Shown: positions 8,877-21,168, numbered from the whole stretch's first letter. The stretch: 63,610 bases of DNA, filler included, from Perkinsus chesapeaki ATCC PRA-425 (GCA_013115145.1; 8 parts of 8 records of this genome joined end to end with filler, not necessarily neighbours in it), one strand, 5' to 3'. Notes: generated from the letters alone by a model not told the origin. Made by a program: numbers and translations.

Positions 8877-10300
8877 TCAAGGGATCTCGTCACACCCATT
8901 AAGGTTTTCAATTTCCCTGGCTGTTCGCCAAGTTGATGCTGGAAAGGAAGTTGGTGCAAGTACGCCACCTTGGGAGACTCCGACTTCTCGGTACGTTACG
9001 CTGTCTCCCAAGTGTATGTCCCCTCCCTTTAGGTACGATGTGATGAGAGCTCCCCAAGCACTCTTTCCTGTCAGGGCTGTTATCTCGCGCGCTATGTGAT
9101 CATGGCTAATCTTATCAAAGGCTAAGGCCATGTCATAGGTCGAGATAAGTGTTTTGTCAGTCTTTACTGATTTGGAGAAGGTCGTGTGGATCGCAGTACA
9201 TGTACTGCGTCCTCTGTGAAAGCCGTGAATGCTCTTTGGAGCCTCCCCTAGGTCTAATTAGTCCGTTCTTTATGACAGTTTCAAGGAATTTTCCAAGACA
9301 TGACGTTAGTGCAATTGGTTGCCATGCTTTTGGTCCTTCTCGTCCGTTGTTTTTGAAGATCATTACCATATCTGCTCGTTTGAAGCATCGTGGGTAATGT
9401 GCTCGTTTCAGTATCGCCTCAATGAGGTGCTTCACTGATTCTGGAAATTACTGTGAGTTGCTCACTGCATATTTAATGTGTTCGTTAAAGATCCCATCCC
9501 AGCCATATGATCTCCTTGTTTTAAGACTATCCAGTGCCCTATCAATCTCTGTTTCTGACACGAGTCCACCCAGGTCAGTGAGATGTTGCTCCCCTTCCTC
9601 CGCTTCTATGACATTGTCTACGGTTTCGTGTTGTGTCATCTCCTCTCGGATTCCGAAGAAGTATTCCAGGATTTCCCGGGAATCATATGTAGCGAGGTTT
9701 GGAGTGCGGGTCTTAAATTTTCGATGAAGTTTAGCTTCATCTATTGAGTCAAGCTCTCTCGAGAAATACTTAGTTCTTGCAGCCTTGACACTGTTGAAGT
9801 ATCTTCTTTTGGCTGCTTTGAGACTGGTTGCTAGTCTTGTACTGATTGCTTGCCCTGCGGCGTCTTCAGCTGATCTGGCTTTCTTAAGTTGGTTTCTGAG
9901 CTGCGTGTATTCTTTCCTTTTCCCGTCCAGTTCCTTTCCCCACCATGGTGGTTTTGTACCTCTCGCGGTTGGTTCATAGGGATGGGATTTTGGTGTTGAG
10001 CTTATGACAGCTTGGCGCAGTTGTGAGGCTAGTCTCCTTGCCTGGTTGTCAATGTGTTGGATTTGGTTAGTTGGGATATGTAGGGGTGAGTGTTTGTCAA
10101 GAAACTGCAAGAATTTGTCCCAGTTGGTACGAGAAGGATAGTGCTTTGGAGCACTCATGGTCTGCGTAGCGATAGGACCTACATCAGGACTTAGTTTAGC
10201 CGTTAGCCGGCAGTCTGAGAAGCCTTCCTTGCGGGACCTCCCCTACCTGGCGGAGTTGATCACCATTCCGGGCGTTGCGTCCTCTGACCCCAGTGGGGTC
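8877..10300 (-). mobile_element. Degenerate non-LTR retrotransposon ORF2 fragment (post-endonuclease linker + RT domains 0-4)
   Basis: TNWDKF, KPPWWGKEL, SETEIDRALDSLKTRRSYGWDGIFNEHIK, WQPIALTSCLGKFLE, AFDKISH, GVSQGGVLAPT across frameshifts. Confidence 0.88.
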
Positions 10301-10311
10301 ACCCCACTTGG

Positions 10312-13132
10312 TTGTATTATGGTTTATGGATTACTTCGTCGCAGACCCACGGGTGGCGACTCTCCTTGGAGACGGCTCCCGACGATTCGGTTCCCCTCAA
10401 GCATGGTCTGGTTGAGTCCTCACACGAAATACCGATCCCGGCTCTACCGGCGGATATTTCTGCGCAAGTTACCTTGGCGGAGCTACCTCCCCCAGTGGGG
10501 GACCCCCACCCTCTCCGCCTCCTTTGAATGGGGGTTGGCTACGCGCCCCTGATACCGCCGAGCGGCGCGCTTACTACTACAACGTGGTTACTCGTCAAAC
10601 TCAGTGGGTATGCCCCGTTGGTCTTTCGTTCGGTGAGGACAGTCTTCATGGTCCTGCCCGGCACGCTGATACTCTATCGACAGTAGAAGCCAGCTTTGTG
10701 CCGGTGTCGCGCCCTGATCTGCATGCTCCTCCTCTGACGAATGGTTTACCTGGTGTTTCGCATCCTATCATCGCACCGCCCACCCCTGTTCGCTGAAGAG
10801 TGGTCACAATTCAGCTCAGAGCCAGCAATCGCCTCAGTACTACGAGGCTTCGGTAGACGAAAGGGATCGTCACTTTACTGCTGTAGAGCGTAAGGCCTTC
10901 TCAGGGGCCTCCAAAGTCCTGCCCGACTACCCGAAGTTTGCTGGAAGTGGTGACAAACGTTCGGTCTCTGCCTTGGTACAGCAGACAAACCTCCTCTCGG
11001 TCCAACATGCTTGGTACGCTGTGGAACTATACCATTGGTTAGTCTCCCGGTTATCTGTCAGATAATATCTGAGAAGGTCAGTAAACGTGTCAATCCTCAA
11101 GGCTCGAGAACTCACGCGGCAGCTGAAAGAGAAGTACATCGTCTCGTTGCGGCCTTGTATGACACTTATGCTCGTCCTACCGATAGTATCGTAGCCTGGC
11201 AAAACTTGATTTCACTCAAGATGCGCCAGGGCTCCAGTTTAGCCAGTTTCGTCGAGCTCTTTCAACAACGCCTCCTAGAGTATGAACGCACGACCGGTCC
11301 CTTGCCGGTGCAGTATGCTTGCGACTTGCTAGTAACCGTCCTCTGCGCGCCTGACAAGGAAGGGGCTCTTGGTATTCGGCGCTCGCTCCCGAACTGTTCT
11401 TTGGAGGGTATGGTCAACGGTCTCCTGAAGATGAAGCCTTACGTGGTTCCCGAGAGGGTTCTCTGCCCGAACCGGTATCCCGCATTTCTCTGAGTCAGGT
11501 GTCTGCCGAGACTACGGATGCGGCACCTCCTTTGAGCCAGGGTGCTGGCGAGGGTCGAGCTACACCTCCAAAAGCGAAATCGTCCTCTTCGCAAGAAGTC
11601 CAACGAGGAAATCCTCGTCGCAAGGGTACTCGTAGTCGTTATCGCTGTACTAGATGTTTAGATTCGGATCCGGACTGTAATGGTCTGCCAAAACTCTGTG
11701 CGGCTCCTGCGCCGATACGTAAAGCGGACCGCTGCTTCCTCTGCAACCGCCTGAAGCTACGATGCCCTGACACGTCTACCTGTCCCTGGAGAGACTCTGT
11801 TTCTTGTGAACGCTGTCAAGGACGCCACCACACGTCACATTGTACCAAGCCTTTGAAGTTCGAGAAATCATCGACTCCTACAAGCGACACCTGTACCCTC
11901 TCGATGGAGAGTATTACGATCTCTAATGTCCGCTCTTCCTCGGTGTGCCTCGAGGAGACCTCAACCTCTGACGTCGCTGCGGCTCAGGTCCAACGTGATC
12001 CATGCCACCCTCTTCGGCACCTAGGACTAAGCTTCAAGACTTCCAGTGGCTCTACTGCTTCCTTCAACGGCTTACTGGATTCTGGGGCAATGATGCATGC
12101 CTGCTCCTCAGAGGGGTTAGCCGCTTTGCAGCGTGCTGCGGTGGTTCTGGTCGACACTGGTCGCACATGCAATGCCCGACTGGCGGCAGGCTCGTTGGTA
12201 ACCGGCTACCCCATTCTGGCACTTACACATGTACATCAAGGCGTTGATATACCTACCGAGATCGTGTTGATCTCTAACTTGAATCGTCTCTTCTTATGGA
12301 GTACTTCGATCTCCAGGTCATATCCATCTCCCACCATCTGGGTGTTTGATCATCAACGAGATCGTCTGATCAGCCTGGTAGGCAAGACGCCGGCGGTGCT
12401 CGAGGCACGGTCTTACTTCGTGAACACTCTCGACAACCCTCCCGCGACGGAGTCTACCCATTTCCCTGACTCCCACCGTCATCGAGACCCTGCCGACGAA
12501 GCCCCCGGCTCTCTTTCCACCGACTTACTGACACTCGCTAGCGAGCTTGTGGACGACATCCCCGACTACACGAGGGAGTTTCTTGAGGTCGCCTTCGCTC
12601 ACACCAAGCCCTTCGCCTTGAGCCTATGTTCCGGTGAAAAGAGCCTTACTTCTGAAGCATCAACCCACGTTCATCGACTCGGTCATCGTATCCGCTGGGT
12701 AGCTGCTCGCCCTTCTAATGACTACCGCCCATTTTTGGCTAAGGCTCGCACTCTCGCTTCTAGGCTACGTAAGCAAGGCCTTTATGAGGTGTACGATAAT
12801 GAGATCCAGAACTTCCTACGTAGCGGATATATCCGTCCTGCTACGGTTGGAGAGGTCACCTATTGGATGTCTCACTTCCCGGTTATCAAGTCTTCACCTG
12901 AGGGTGGCCCGACTACTTCATCCAGGAGTTCCATGAAGGTTCGTCCCGTTTTCAACGGGGCCCCCTTAGCACACATTGTGCACTCGAGTCTGCCGACGGG
13001 TTGCGATCAGGGCGTTGTACAGTCTCTATCCCTCATTCGCAGGTTCCCCTTTTTTTCCAGTTTGGATTTGAGACAAGCGTTTCTCCAGCTGGAACTTGTT
13101 GACGTCCGAGATCAACGGTGTATGGCATGGGA
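10312..13132 (+). mobile_element. 5'- and 3'-truncated BEL/Pao-like LTR retrotransposon (gag, Zn knuckles, PR, RT N-half)
   Basis: YPKFAGSGD, LKMRQGSSLASFVELF, CTRC/CFLC/CERCQGRHHTSHC knuckles, LLDSGAM, YWMSHFPVIKSS...KVRPVFNG, LDLRQAFLQL. No LTR visible. Confidence 0.88.
10524..10616 (+). CDS. WW domain in the gag N-terminal region (frameshifted relative to its neighbours)
   Basis: PPPLNGGWLRAPDTAERRAYYYNVVTRQTQWVCP fits the W-x22-W-x2-P pattern with a central YYYN. Confidence 0.8.
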
Positions 13133-13528
13133 TGTTAACGATTGGTACACATAAAACACGAACACTTAATGTTCAATCTCCATAAATCACGTTCATACTC
13201 AACTCGATTGCTTGAAACACGTACACAGTCAGCTCGTTCGCTCCTATTCAGATCATCGGCAGTTCGACCACCAAAAGTACGTTCACTATTATCTCGTATC
13301 CATAAACTCGGTACACTTGCATCAAGTACACTAAAAGTTCGTACACTTTCATTCCGTTCACCCCCATTCCATACACCAAAATCTCAATCCACACTTTTTT
13401 CATACACGCATATCTCGTACACTTTCATTTCGTACACTCCAAAAATTCCGCGCCGGCTCCACCCGCGCTTCAATTCCCGGCTTACTCACCCCAGGCTTTC
13501 AGCTCCTCACACTCCCATGAACTGAAAA

Positions 13529-13598
13529 TACCCCGGGTTAGATTCGAACCTAGAACCTTGCCCATGTCAGATAGCCCTTATACCACTAGACTCTAGTG
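13529..13598 (-). pseudogene. Degenerate tRNA-like sequence inside the GTACAC element
   Basis: Minus strand AGTCTAGTGGTATAA (A-box-like) ... GGTTCGAATC (B box); stems poor. Confidence 0.45.
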
Positions 13599-13700
13599 AC
13601 TAGAGCAACCTGACTACACAATTCAGTGGCGCATTCACTCGATATTGATCTCCCCAGAAGTGCTAATTGCTCCGCCGGACAGACAAAGTTTGCCGGTTAT

Positions 13701-13744
13701 GTCGCTTCTGGGGATTGAACTCTCAACCTTTGGATTAACAAATT
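13701..13744 (-). pseudogene. tRNA 3'-half relic (Asn/Arg-like)
   Basis: Minus strand TTGTTAATCCAAAGGTTGAGAGTTCAATCCC resembles the anticodon-to-T-arm part of the tRNA-Arg(TCT) in this window. Confidence 0.4.
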
Positions 13745-14022
13745 AGTGATCTCCCTACTGAACTGGAAAAAAAAGCATAGGTGTACGAGCCATCGGGTGT
13801 ACGAGTTCGAGGAGTACGAAATCAAACTGAACCAAATCTTAGTGTACGACACTCATATGAACGGAATTTTTGTGTACTACTTGGCCCTGAACCTATTTTC
13901 GGTGTATCACATTTTGTCGACAGAGATTTGAGTGTACGGGAATTTGGTGTACCAGTCAAAAGTCAAAAATTCCGTGTACGAGTTTCATGTGTACGTAATT
14001 TATGTGTACCAATCGTTATACA

Positions 14023-16667
14023 CCCCCCCAGCCAATTCTCATATCACAGCAGAAATATCCAGCTCCAACTTTAGCCATGTGATCATTCTTAGCTGGAATC
14101 CGGCTACCATCCGAGAAAATAACCGTGGGATTTCCTTCAAATTGGGTAACTCCAGGGCTAAGAGAGCCCTCAAATACCTTCAAGCCATTACCCAGATGGT
14201 AGCGAGTTGAATCCAGCCCCCTACTATACCGGTCAGACCTCCAAATCTCTACAGGATCAGGATAGGCTACCCCCACCACGGTGGTGGGCCACCACTGGTG
14301 GCACCACCTTCCGCCACCATTTACGAATATCGTCACCTTTCTGGAACCTCCAAGAACCATAACGAGAACACAACCTTTGGTAGATAGTCAGTTTCGCATC
14401 ACTCAGTAAAGCCACCAGATCCGGGACCCGGATTCCGGGGTACCGGATATAGGTACACCAAGCATAATCTTCTCTAATCTATTGTGCAGCGCATTCATTC
14501 TTCTTTTGACAGCTTTAAGGGATAACCGGTCGCCCCAACATTCTATTCCGTATCCAAGCGAGGCAGCCTCATGGGCCCTTACAACCTCCCTGGCCTTGGG
14601 GTAATACGAACACAGCCTTCAATAGTAATCAGTCTTCTAAAGGATTCAATTTCAAAACTTGCCTTCCTTATAGCTTGTTATCGGGTTCGGTTAAGTAGTT
14701 AGTTGATGTAGGACTAGAGGCTCAGATGCGTTAACACAACAGGAGGGACCTTGAGGGATAGTTAGCTTACGCTAGAGAGAGAAGTGATAACCAAGGGCAG
14801 GCGAACAACCGACCGCGCCGGCCGCTTAGCTATAGATTATTATAGCACGCATGCACATAGACTGCGCAGAATCCTACAACAAGCTTCCTCCACGTGCGGA
14901 GTCCATTTACCGTCAAAACTCAGGCGGATACCCAAAAAGGGAATAGTCGCTTTAGCCGGTATACCACAGCAGCTGTCGCCAAGATCTCGAGACAAGATCA
15001 CACTCTTTTCCCTAGCCATAGAGAAGCCTAAGAGAGGGAGCTCACGCTCTAGCGCCAGCACAATGTCCCTTATAGGCTATAAGTTATAGCTTGAGCAAGG
15101 TCATTCTCGTCCTCGGCCGCAATCAGAATCATCATATCATCCGCATAAGACACAACTCGTACTGATATGCCAACCTTAATAGCCATCTGGGGGACGTTCA
15201 TAACCTTTGTATGAAACAACCTATAGATAACCGGGGAAAGAGCGCCACCTTGTGGGGTTACCCCACTGGGGTACCCCCTTTAGTCATACATCTCCCGGAG
15301 ATGTATGGCTAAAATACGGACTATATTTTCCCATTATAATGGCATCGGCGTCCATGTAAATAACCACCAACCACATTTGCCAGTGCCGAAGAACCAGTAA
15401 TAGAGCGAACCGCGTCACAAATAGAAACATGAGAGGCTCCAATAAAGGCACCTTTCAATGAAAGGCTTTCATGTCAAGACTTAATACAGCGATAAACGAG
15501 TCATCAGACTTCAAATCCGAGATACTACTAACAACCTCATTAACTGCAGTAGCCGTACTGCGCCCCAGCGCATAACCATGAGAGCTCAGAAGGTGGGTAC
15601 CCAACGCTGATAACAGATCTTATCCCTCTCCTGCGGGCTCTGGCAACCAACGCCGGTGCCTCTCGCAGTTTGGAAGAGGTCAACCTTAAAACCTTTCCCT
15701 TTCAAGACCGAAGGTACCTCCTCTTTCTTAGCCAAAGGTAGGTTAGCAGGGTCAGGAGTCTGCTGCCTCCTTGAAGCATCTAGAGTTCTGGACGTAGAAT
15801 AAACCCATCTTTCATCAATAACCATAACCACAAAATCATTCTTCCTCTTAACAGAGGGCACAGTACCAGTTTGAGCTTCACCCAGATCGACAGTACCAAT
15901 GGCCGGTCTCACAGGCCTACCTCGAGCTTTATTTTGCCGACGAGACCTTGTAGTAACCCAGTTACCAGAAGCCGGCTCATGACCACGATCAGCAAACCTT
16001 TCAAGCTCCATGTCAACCTCTTCAGCAGCCTCAGAGGAGGAGAGGGAGACAATTTGTCTCAGACAAAGTCGGCCTCCTCAACTTGGGACACCCTTCTCCT
16101 GTTCCTATATGTATTGGAAGAAGAAGAGCCAACTACCACCGACTTAGAATTCTTGCTAGTCTCACATTCTAGTTTAGCAATTTTATCATGTAAACTACCC
16201 ATTTCACTATTAAGAATTTCACATTTATCTAATTCCTCACCAAGACGAATAGAAAGTTCAAGTACGAAGGATAACAGAATGTTACCCGAGGCACGACTCA
16301 TCTTATCTGTCGCCACATTCCTATCTATTACTGCCTTTACGGAGTGCATGACACTCCATACATCCTTAATCTCCCAAGGTAAGCCGGGAAGACCCGTCTT
16401 TTCTCTGAGAGCTTCAGGAGGCAGCTTCTTAAGGGACCCACAGGCGTAGCTGCTGGTCTGCAGCTTCGCCGTCGAAAGTCTGTGGACGTCTCCAGGAGGG
16501 GCAGATGTCGGGAGAGGAACGGGGAGGATTTTGAGCGACCATTGAAAAAACAAATTCCACTGCCTTGAAGTCCAGTGGCTATGGTACGAATCGTACCGTA
16601 CGATCAAATGTGTAAGACCTATCACTCTCTCCCCCACCTTCTGCAAGCTCATGGAATCTATCATCAT
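14023..16667 (-). mobile_element. Degenerate non-LTR retrotransposon with ORF1, RT and RNase H; apparently internally deleted
   Basis: ORF1-like coiled coil at 16059-16667; HGYALGRSTATA, VLSLDMKAF, PQGGALSP, VSYADDMMIL, FLGIRLSFDGKWTPHV; RNase H IFSDGS...VGAG. Confidence 0.85.
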
Positions 16668-16779
16668 TCTACGCCTCTCTACTGAGTGGGAGTAGAGTCC
16701 ACTCCTATCGCATGAGAGTACGCTTACCTACCTGGCCGGTCATCGGTGTCATTGGTGAAGGACTTGCTGCATCACGTTC

Positions 16780-17120
16780 AAGAGGGCTTCACTGGGAAAG
16801 TGGTTAAAACCCTCCTGAGCTATAGCAGGACTGGAATTGAGTAATGCCTTCGGCTCCATTCCTCACAGCAAACTCATCACGGCCATCAATGCCCTCGGTG
16901 CGTCCTCTGCTGATCAACAATGGCTGGGCGTTAGGCGCAATACTAACCAGTATCTTGGTAATAGTATTACCGTAATACCACGTTGGTATGATACCAATGG
17001 TATCACCTCTCAATGAGAGGCTCTCATAGACTAGCTGACACTAATGTAGGTCTCACTCAAGGAAGTGTTTTGTCGTTGATACTCTTGGTACTCTTGAGGA
17101 GTAACTCTTCGAACAGAGGC
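16780..17120 (+). mobile_element. Highly degenerate non-LTR RT relic
   Basis: VQEGF, NAFGSIPHSKLITAINALG, GLTQGSVLSLIL. Confidence 0.6.
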
Positions 17121-17930
17121 TATGACAATATGAAATGCTGTATTTTCATTGGTTCTAGATCGGTTCTATTGGCTCTACTCAATGGCACGTGCAACCCCAG
17201 GGCTCGACCGTATCAAGTGTGGCATGGCATCCCTACATAGATCTCTCCATCTGCTAGATACCTGCCCACACAGAGGAAATAATGTATAACGACGTCGCCG
17301 GATCGGCGACGCCGACCACATGGCCCATCTTGGAAGAACGTCTCAGGTTTGCCTTGAGACCCCACCGCCGGTGCCACCGGCGCGGTGGGGCACCGGGAGC
17401 TTCCCACACGGCTCGCGGAGCTCCTGCGCTCGGAACACCAGCGCATGACTTTACGGAAACCTGCCCAGAAGCTACACGACTGGCCCTCTTTCGTTGTTGG
17501 GCATTCAAAAATCTATGTGTCCTACATGCACCGCATAGGACGATGTCCCTCCCCTTTATGTTACATAAATTATGTAGTGGTTGTCCTATGCGAGTACGCC
17601 CTGAGTGGATCAGTCCATACGGAAGTCTTGATCAATTCAGCATCAGTGATCGAAAGCTGTTAAGCCTAGCGACCTTATTAAGGTAATGTCTCTCATGCAG
17701 CTGCGGTCACTCTTCCACTGGGAAATCTAGGTCTGACTAAGCCTTAAGGCGTCGGACCTTGAACTACACACACACCTCTCGCGTTAAAAAAAGCCGTGCC
17801 CCGAATTTTGTGTCAGAAGTCCGCTACTCTATTGAATTCCGGCGATCAGAAATCAAAACTAAAAGAAGAAATATCTTCTGAGGAGATTGTAATCTTTCGC
17901 TCGGAATTGCGAAGACATTACAAAGTGGTA

Positions 17931-18004
17931 GCTGTGGTGGCTCAATCGGATAGATCGTTGGACTTCTAATCCAAAGGATGCGGGTTCAAGTCCCGCCCAG
18001 AGTA
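17931..18004 (+). tRNA. tRNA-Arg(TCT), acceptor and D-stem mismatches (possible pseudogene)
   Basis: Cloverleaf; anticodon arm TTGGA-CTTCTAA-TCCAA; G4:G mismatch and GATC instead of GAGC in the D stem. Confidence 0.75.
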
Positions 18005-18110
18005 TTATCAGGTGAATGTTGCATTTTCATCACAAATTGTGGAACTTTGTAAGAACTCAGTAAGCATCTATTGTATATCATAGCCCTGTGAAAATATGCC
18101 ATGATAACAA

Positions 18111-18182
18111 TAACCCCAGCGGGACTTGAACCCGCAACCTTCGGCTCCGGAAACCGACGCGCTTCCATTGCGCCACGAGGTC
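18111..18182 (-). tRNA. tRNA-Arg(CCG)
   Basis: GACCTCGTGGCGCAATGGAAGCGCG-TCGGT-TTCCGGA-GCCGA...GGTTCAAGTCCCGC. Confidence 0.85.
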
Positions 18183-18400
18183 CGACTTTTCTGAGCTTCC
18201 ACGAGCGGCGGTGTCCCCCTTGCCTGGACACTATTGTGAAAACTTCCTAGCCTTCGAAAAAAGCCGTGCCCCGAATTCTGTGTCAGAAGTCCGCTACTCT
18301 ATTGAATTTCGGCGATCAGAAATCAAAACTAAAAGAAGAAATATCTTCTGAGGAGATTGTAATCTTTCGCTCGGAGTTGCGACGACATTACAAAGTGGTA

Positions 18401-18474
18401 GCTCTGGTGGCTCAATCGGATAGAGCGTTGGACTTCTAATCCAAAGGTTGCGAGTTCAAGTCCCGCCCAGAGTA
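18401..18474 (+). tRNA. tRNA-Arg(TCT), one T-stem mismatch
   Basis: GCTCTGG/CCAGAGT acceptor, intact D and anticodon arms, T stem GCGAG/CCCGC. Confidence 0.85.
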
Positions 18475-18580
18475 TTATCAGGTAAATGCTGCATTTTCAT
18501 CACAAATTGTGGAACTTTGTAAGAACTCAGTAAGCATCTATTGTATATCATAGCCCTGTGGAAATATGCCATGATAACAA

Positions 18581-18652
18581 TAACCCCGGCGGGACTTGAA
18601 CCCGCAACCTTCGGCTCCGGAAACCGACGCGCTTCCATTGCGCCACGAGGTC
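18581..18652 (-). tRNA. tRNA-Arg(CCG)
   Basis: Same as 18111-18182 with a fully paired acceptor GACCTCG/CGGGGTT. Confidence 0.88.
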
Positions 18653-19942
18653 CGACTTTTCTAAGATTCCACGAGCGGCGGTGTCCCCCTTGCCTGGACA
18701 CTACCGTGAAAACTTCCTAGCCTTCAGAACTATTAACGCAGAACTCCATAAATTATTCAGCAACGAGACCAACAGCATGCCCACATCAGGGAGGATCTCT
18801 TACGGCGGGGTGATCTTCTCCCCTTGTTGCTGGAGGTAAGATGAGAATATGTTCTGAGAACAGCAAACTTCGCAGCCAAAGCTTAGCCGCTGTTTGGAAT
18901 CATAACTTTTACGAACAAGATGGACAGTTACACTTACTTACTGTATAGAATCTATACAGTAGTAATATATTATAATATCTATACTAGTATCTATACTATA
19001 GATAGTACTTACTGTATACGAAGGTGTAGTGCTTCTACTGCTTAATCTTCCAAGCCCGCCTGATGTCTGTTCTGGCAAGGGTAAGGAGTACCTTCGAAGG
19101 GAAACCTCATGAAGTCCTCAACAGAGTAACAGTGGTGACAGGTATTTTTTCATCCTTGACGAATCATTCGCATTTACGACGAATTGGCTAGAGTTTAATA
19201 GAGTGATGAGTTTATCCTCGTAGATACACCTTTTCTTAACTTCTACGAGCTCAATGGCATCCGAACAACTGTACGCCTCTCGAGATAGTTCATGACATAG
19301 ATATGTAAGCATGTTGTAATTAGAGCCACCTCACCTTGTAGAAACCGGAGAAGTGATAGCGAGTCTCCCTGTCAAGGTGGACTCTTCCCGGCTTAGCGAA
19401 TGCGGCATTAGGGGTCTTAAATCCATCATTACAGCCTGCAAGTTCAATATGATGCTTCCCTTTTCAACAGTTGAGTAACTCGGAGCTTGACTCTTCTACA
19501 GATCAGCACATACCGAAGGTAGCTTTCATAGGCGTTATATATCATGCCATGACATAGCATCGCTAGTGTAGCAATATAATTAGGTTGACTTGCTAACTCT
19601 AGTCAAATTCCAGAAACGAGGCACGCGTCGCTTCGGTAGCCCGAACGCATGCGCACGTGCAGTTACCGAGGACACCGGTGCGATAGCAAGCACGGAAGTG
19701 CTGCGGCCCATATGTTCTGCTCGAATCCTCTCACCACACCGGACAAAAAACCGACCGGTTGCGCCGTGCACAGGTTCACTCTTGAAATGCCGCTAGTCAG
19801 CCTTTAGCTGGCAAGAAGTGCCACAGCTCCTATGTCACCGCGTGCGGGCCGAGTTTCGAAAGATACGTCTTCTCTCGGTTGCCTCCAGACCCACTTGTGC
19901 CGACCCAATGTGGATATTTAATGCCCATTCGAAGGCATTAAT

Positions 19943-19974
19943 AACCGACGCGCTTCCGTTGCGCCACGAGGCCC
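19943..19974 (-). pseudogene. 5' half of a tRNA-Arg(CCG)-like gene
   Basis: GGGCCTCGTGGCGCAACGGAAGCGCGTCGGTT matches the 5' half of 18111-18182, then similarity stops. Confidence 0.6.
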
Positions 19975-20229
19975 AACACCCACAATGCGTGTCCCACATT
20001 GTCCCTCATCTCGAGGGCGTCAAGCAATGGTCCGTGGCTATGTAGGAGAAAGTTTGCGTTGCCGAATCGCTTCCAGCTTTTTTCACATAACACTGAGTAA
20101 CTCAATCCCTCTCAACATGGAGAAACCTTCGCTGGGAAGTAATGGCATCCTACGGTGGGCCGAATAGATTCCAACAATTCTGGTAAAAGAAAAGTAACAT
20201 ATCATACAAAATCGATCACGCATCAGTTG

Positions 20230-20701
20230 ACCTGTCTCTTAAGTCCTCAAATGCTGCTTCTCGGTTTTACCACGACCGAACAAATGGAATTTGGAATTCT
20301 TTTCCTGTGGCGCCTTTTCATCGGCCAACAGCGATGCCTTCATCGACCCTTGCTTGAACTCGCAATCGGCATCAGTAACGACCGAGTCCCTCATGCTGCT
20401 GTCAGCTCTGGTTGTCATAGGTGATGACGATGATCCCTAAAAAACGCAATGAGCGAATCAACCAAAGCCAAGTACCAACCTCAGCGGTGGAGGTCGAATG
20501 CGTCGGTCTGTTATCGGAGTGTTTGATCAGTTGAGGGTCTTTCACCGAACCGGATGAACATCCGCAACAAAAGGTCGACTTCATCTTCGACGAGAATGAC
20601 TTCTTTTCGGTGTTAGTTCCCTCAGACGCAGAAACGCCAGCGGCGCCTTGACTTGGAGATGCTGGCACTTCTTTCTTATCCTTCTTAAACCAATTTACCA
20701 T
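20230..20701 (-). CDS. Hypothetical protein, probably spliced
   Basis: ORF MVNWFKKDKKEVPASPSQG... with a plausible downstream exon DSSMRDSVVTDADCEFKQGSMK. No domain recognised. Confidence 0.35.
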
Positions 20702-21168
20702 AACTAATCGAGTGGTTCAAAAATGATATATCCTGAATAACAACAATTTGTGCTAGAATTCGGGAGGAAAAGTTCCTGAAGAATTTACCGGAAAAACGAT
20801 GGGAAAAGTGGGAAAATTTTTGCCGGCTATTCTGCCGCAAATTGAAAGGGGTACCTCGCGAAGATGTGTATTTTTGTTGGAACAAAATACGGTGCGTTCG
20901 CGTTTGTTGGGCAAGTTGATGAAACGGCTGAGAGTTTTGTCACGAGAATTATACCGATCGATTACCCTTGTCTTATAGCTATATCCTTGAAGGTTTCAGC
21001 CAATTTTCATCACTCTCACGCGAAATATTCAATTTTAATCAACTTGCCCAACAAACGCGAACGCACTGTAAATATTGGATTCTACACTAACACAATGGCT
21101 GAGGATACTTCCAACGAAGCGTCTTGTGGTGTGCCACAATCCAGCTGCTGCTGATAAGTTCAGTAGAG

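Larger units (their letters stand above)
13138..14016 (+). mobile_element. Non-autonomous TIR/foldback element with subterminal GTACAC repeats
   Basis: ACGATTGGTACACATAAA ... TTTATGTGTACCAATCGT inverted termini. GTACAC motifs point inward from both ends; no transposase ORF. Confidence 0.8.
17787..18725 (+). repeat. Tandem duplication, 470-bp period, each unit with two tRNA-Arg genes
   Basis: AAAAAAGCCGTGCCCCGAATT starts at ~17787 and ~18257; units nearly identical. Confidence 0.92.

Noticed and set aside
13133-14022. TGT...ACA ends suggesting a solo LTR, or a TA target duplication for the GTACAC element
   Set aside because: The ends are inverted repeats, the two flanks come from different elements, and the 7673 copy has a different flank, so neither an LTR nor a TSD can be assigned.
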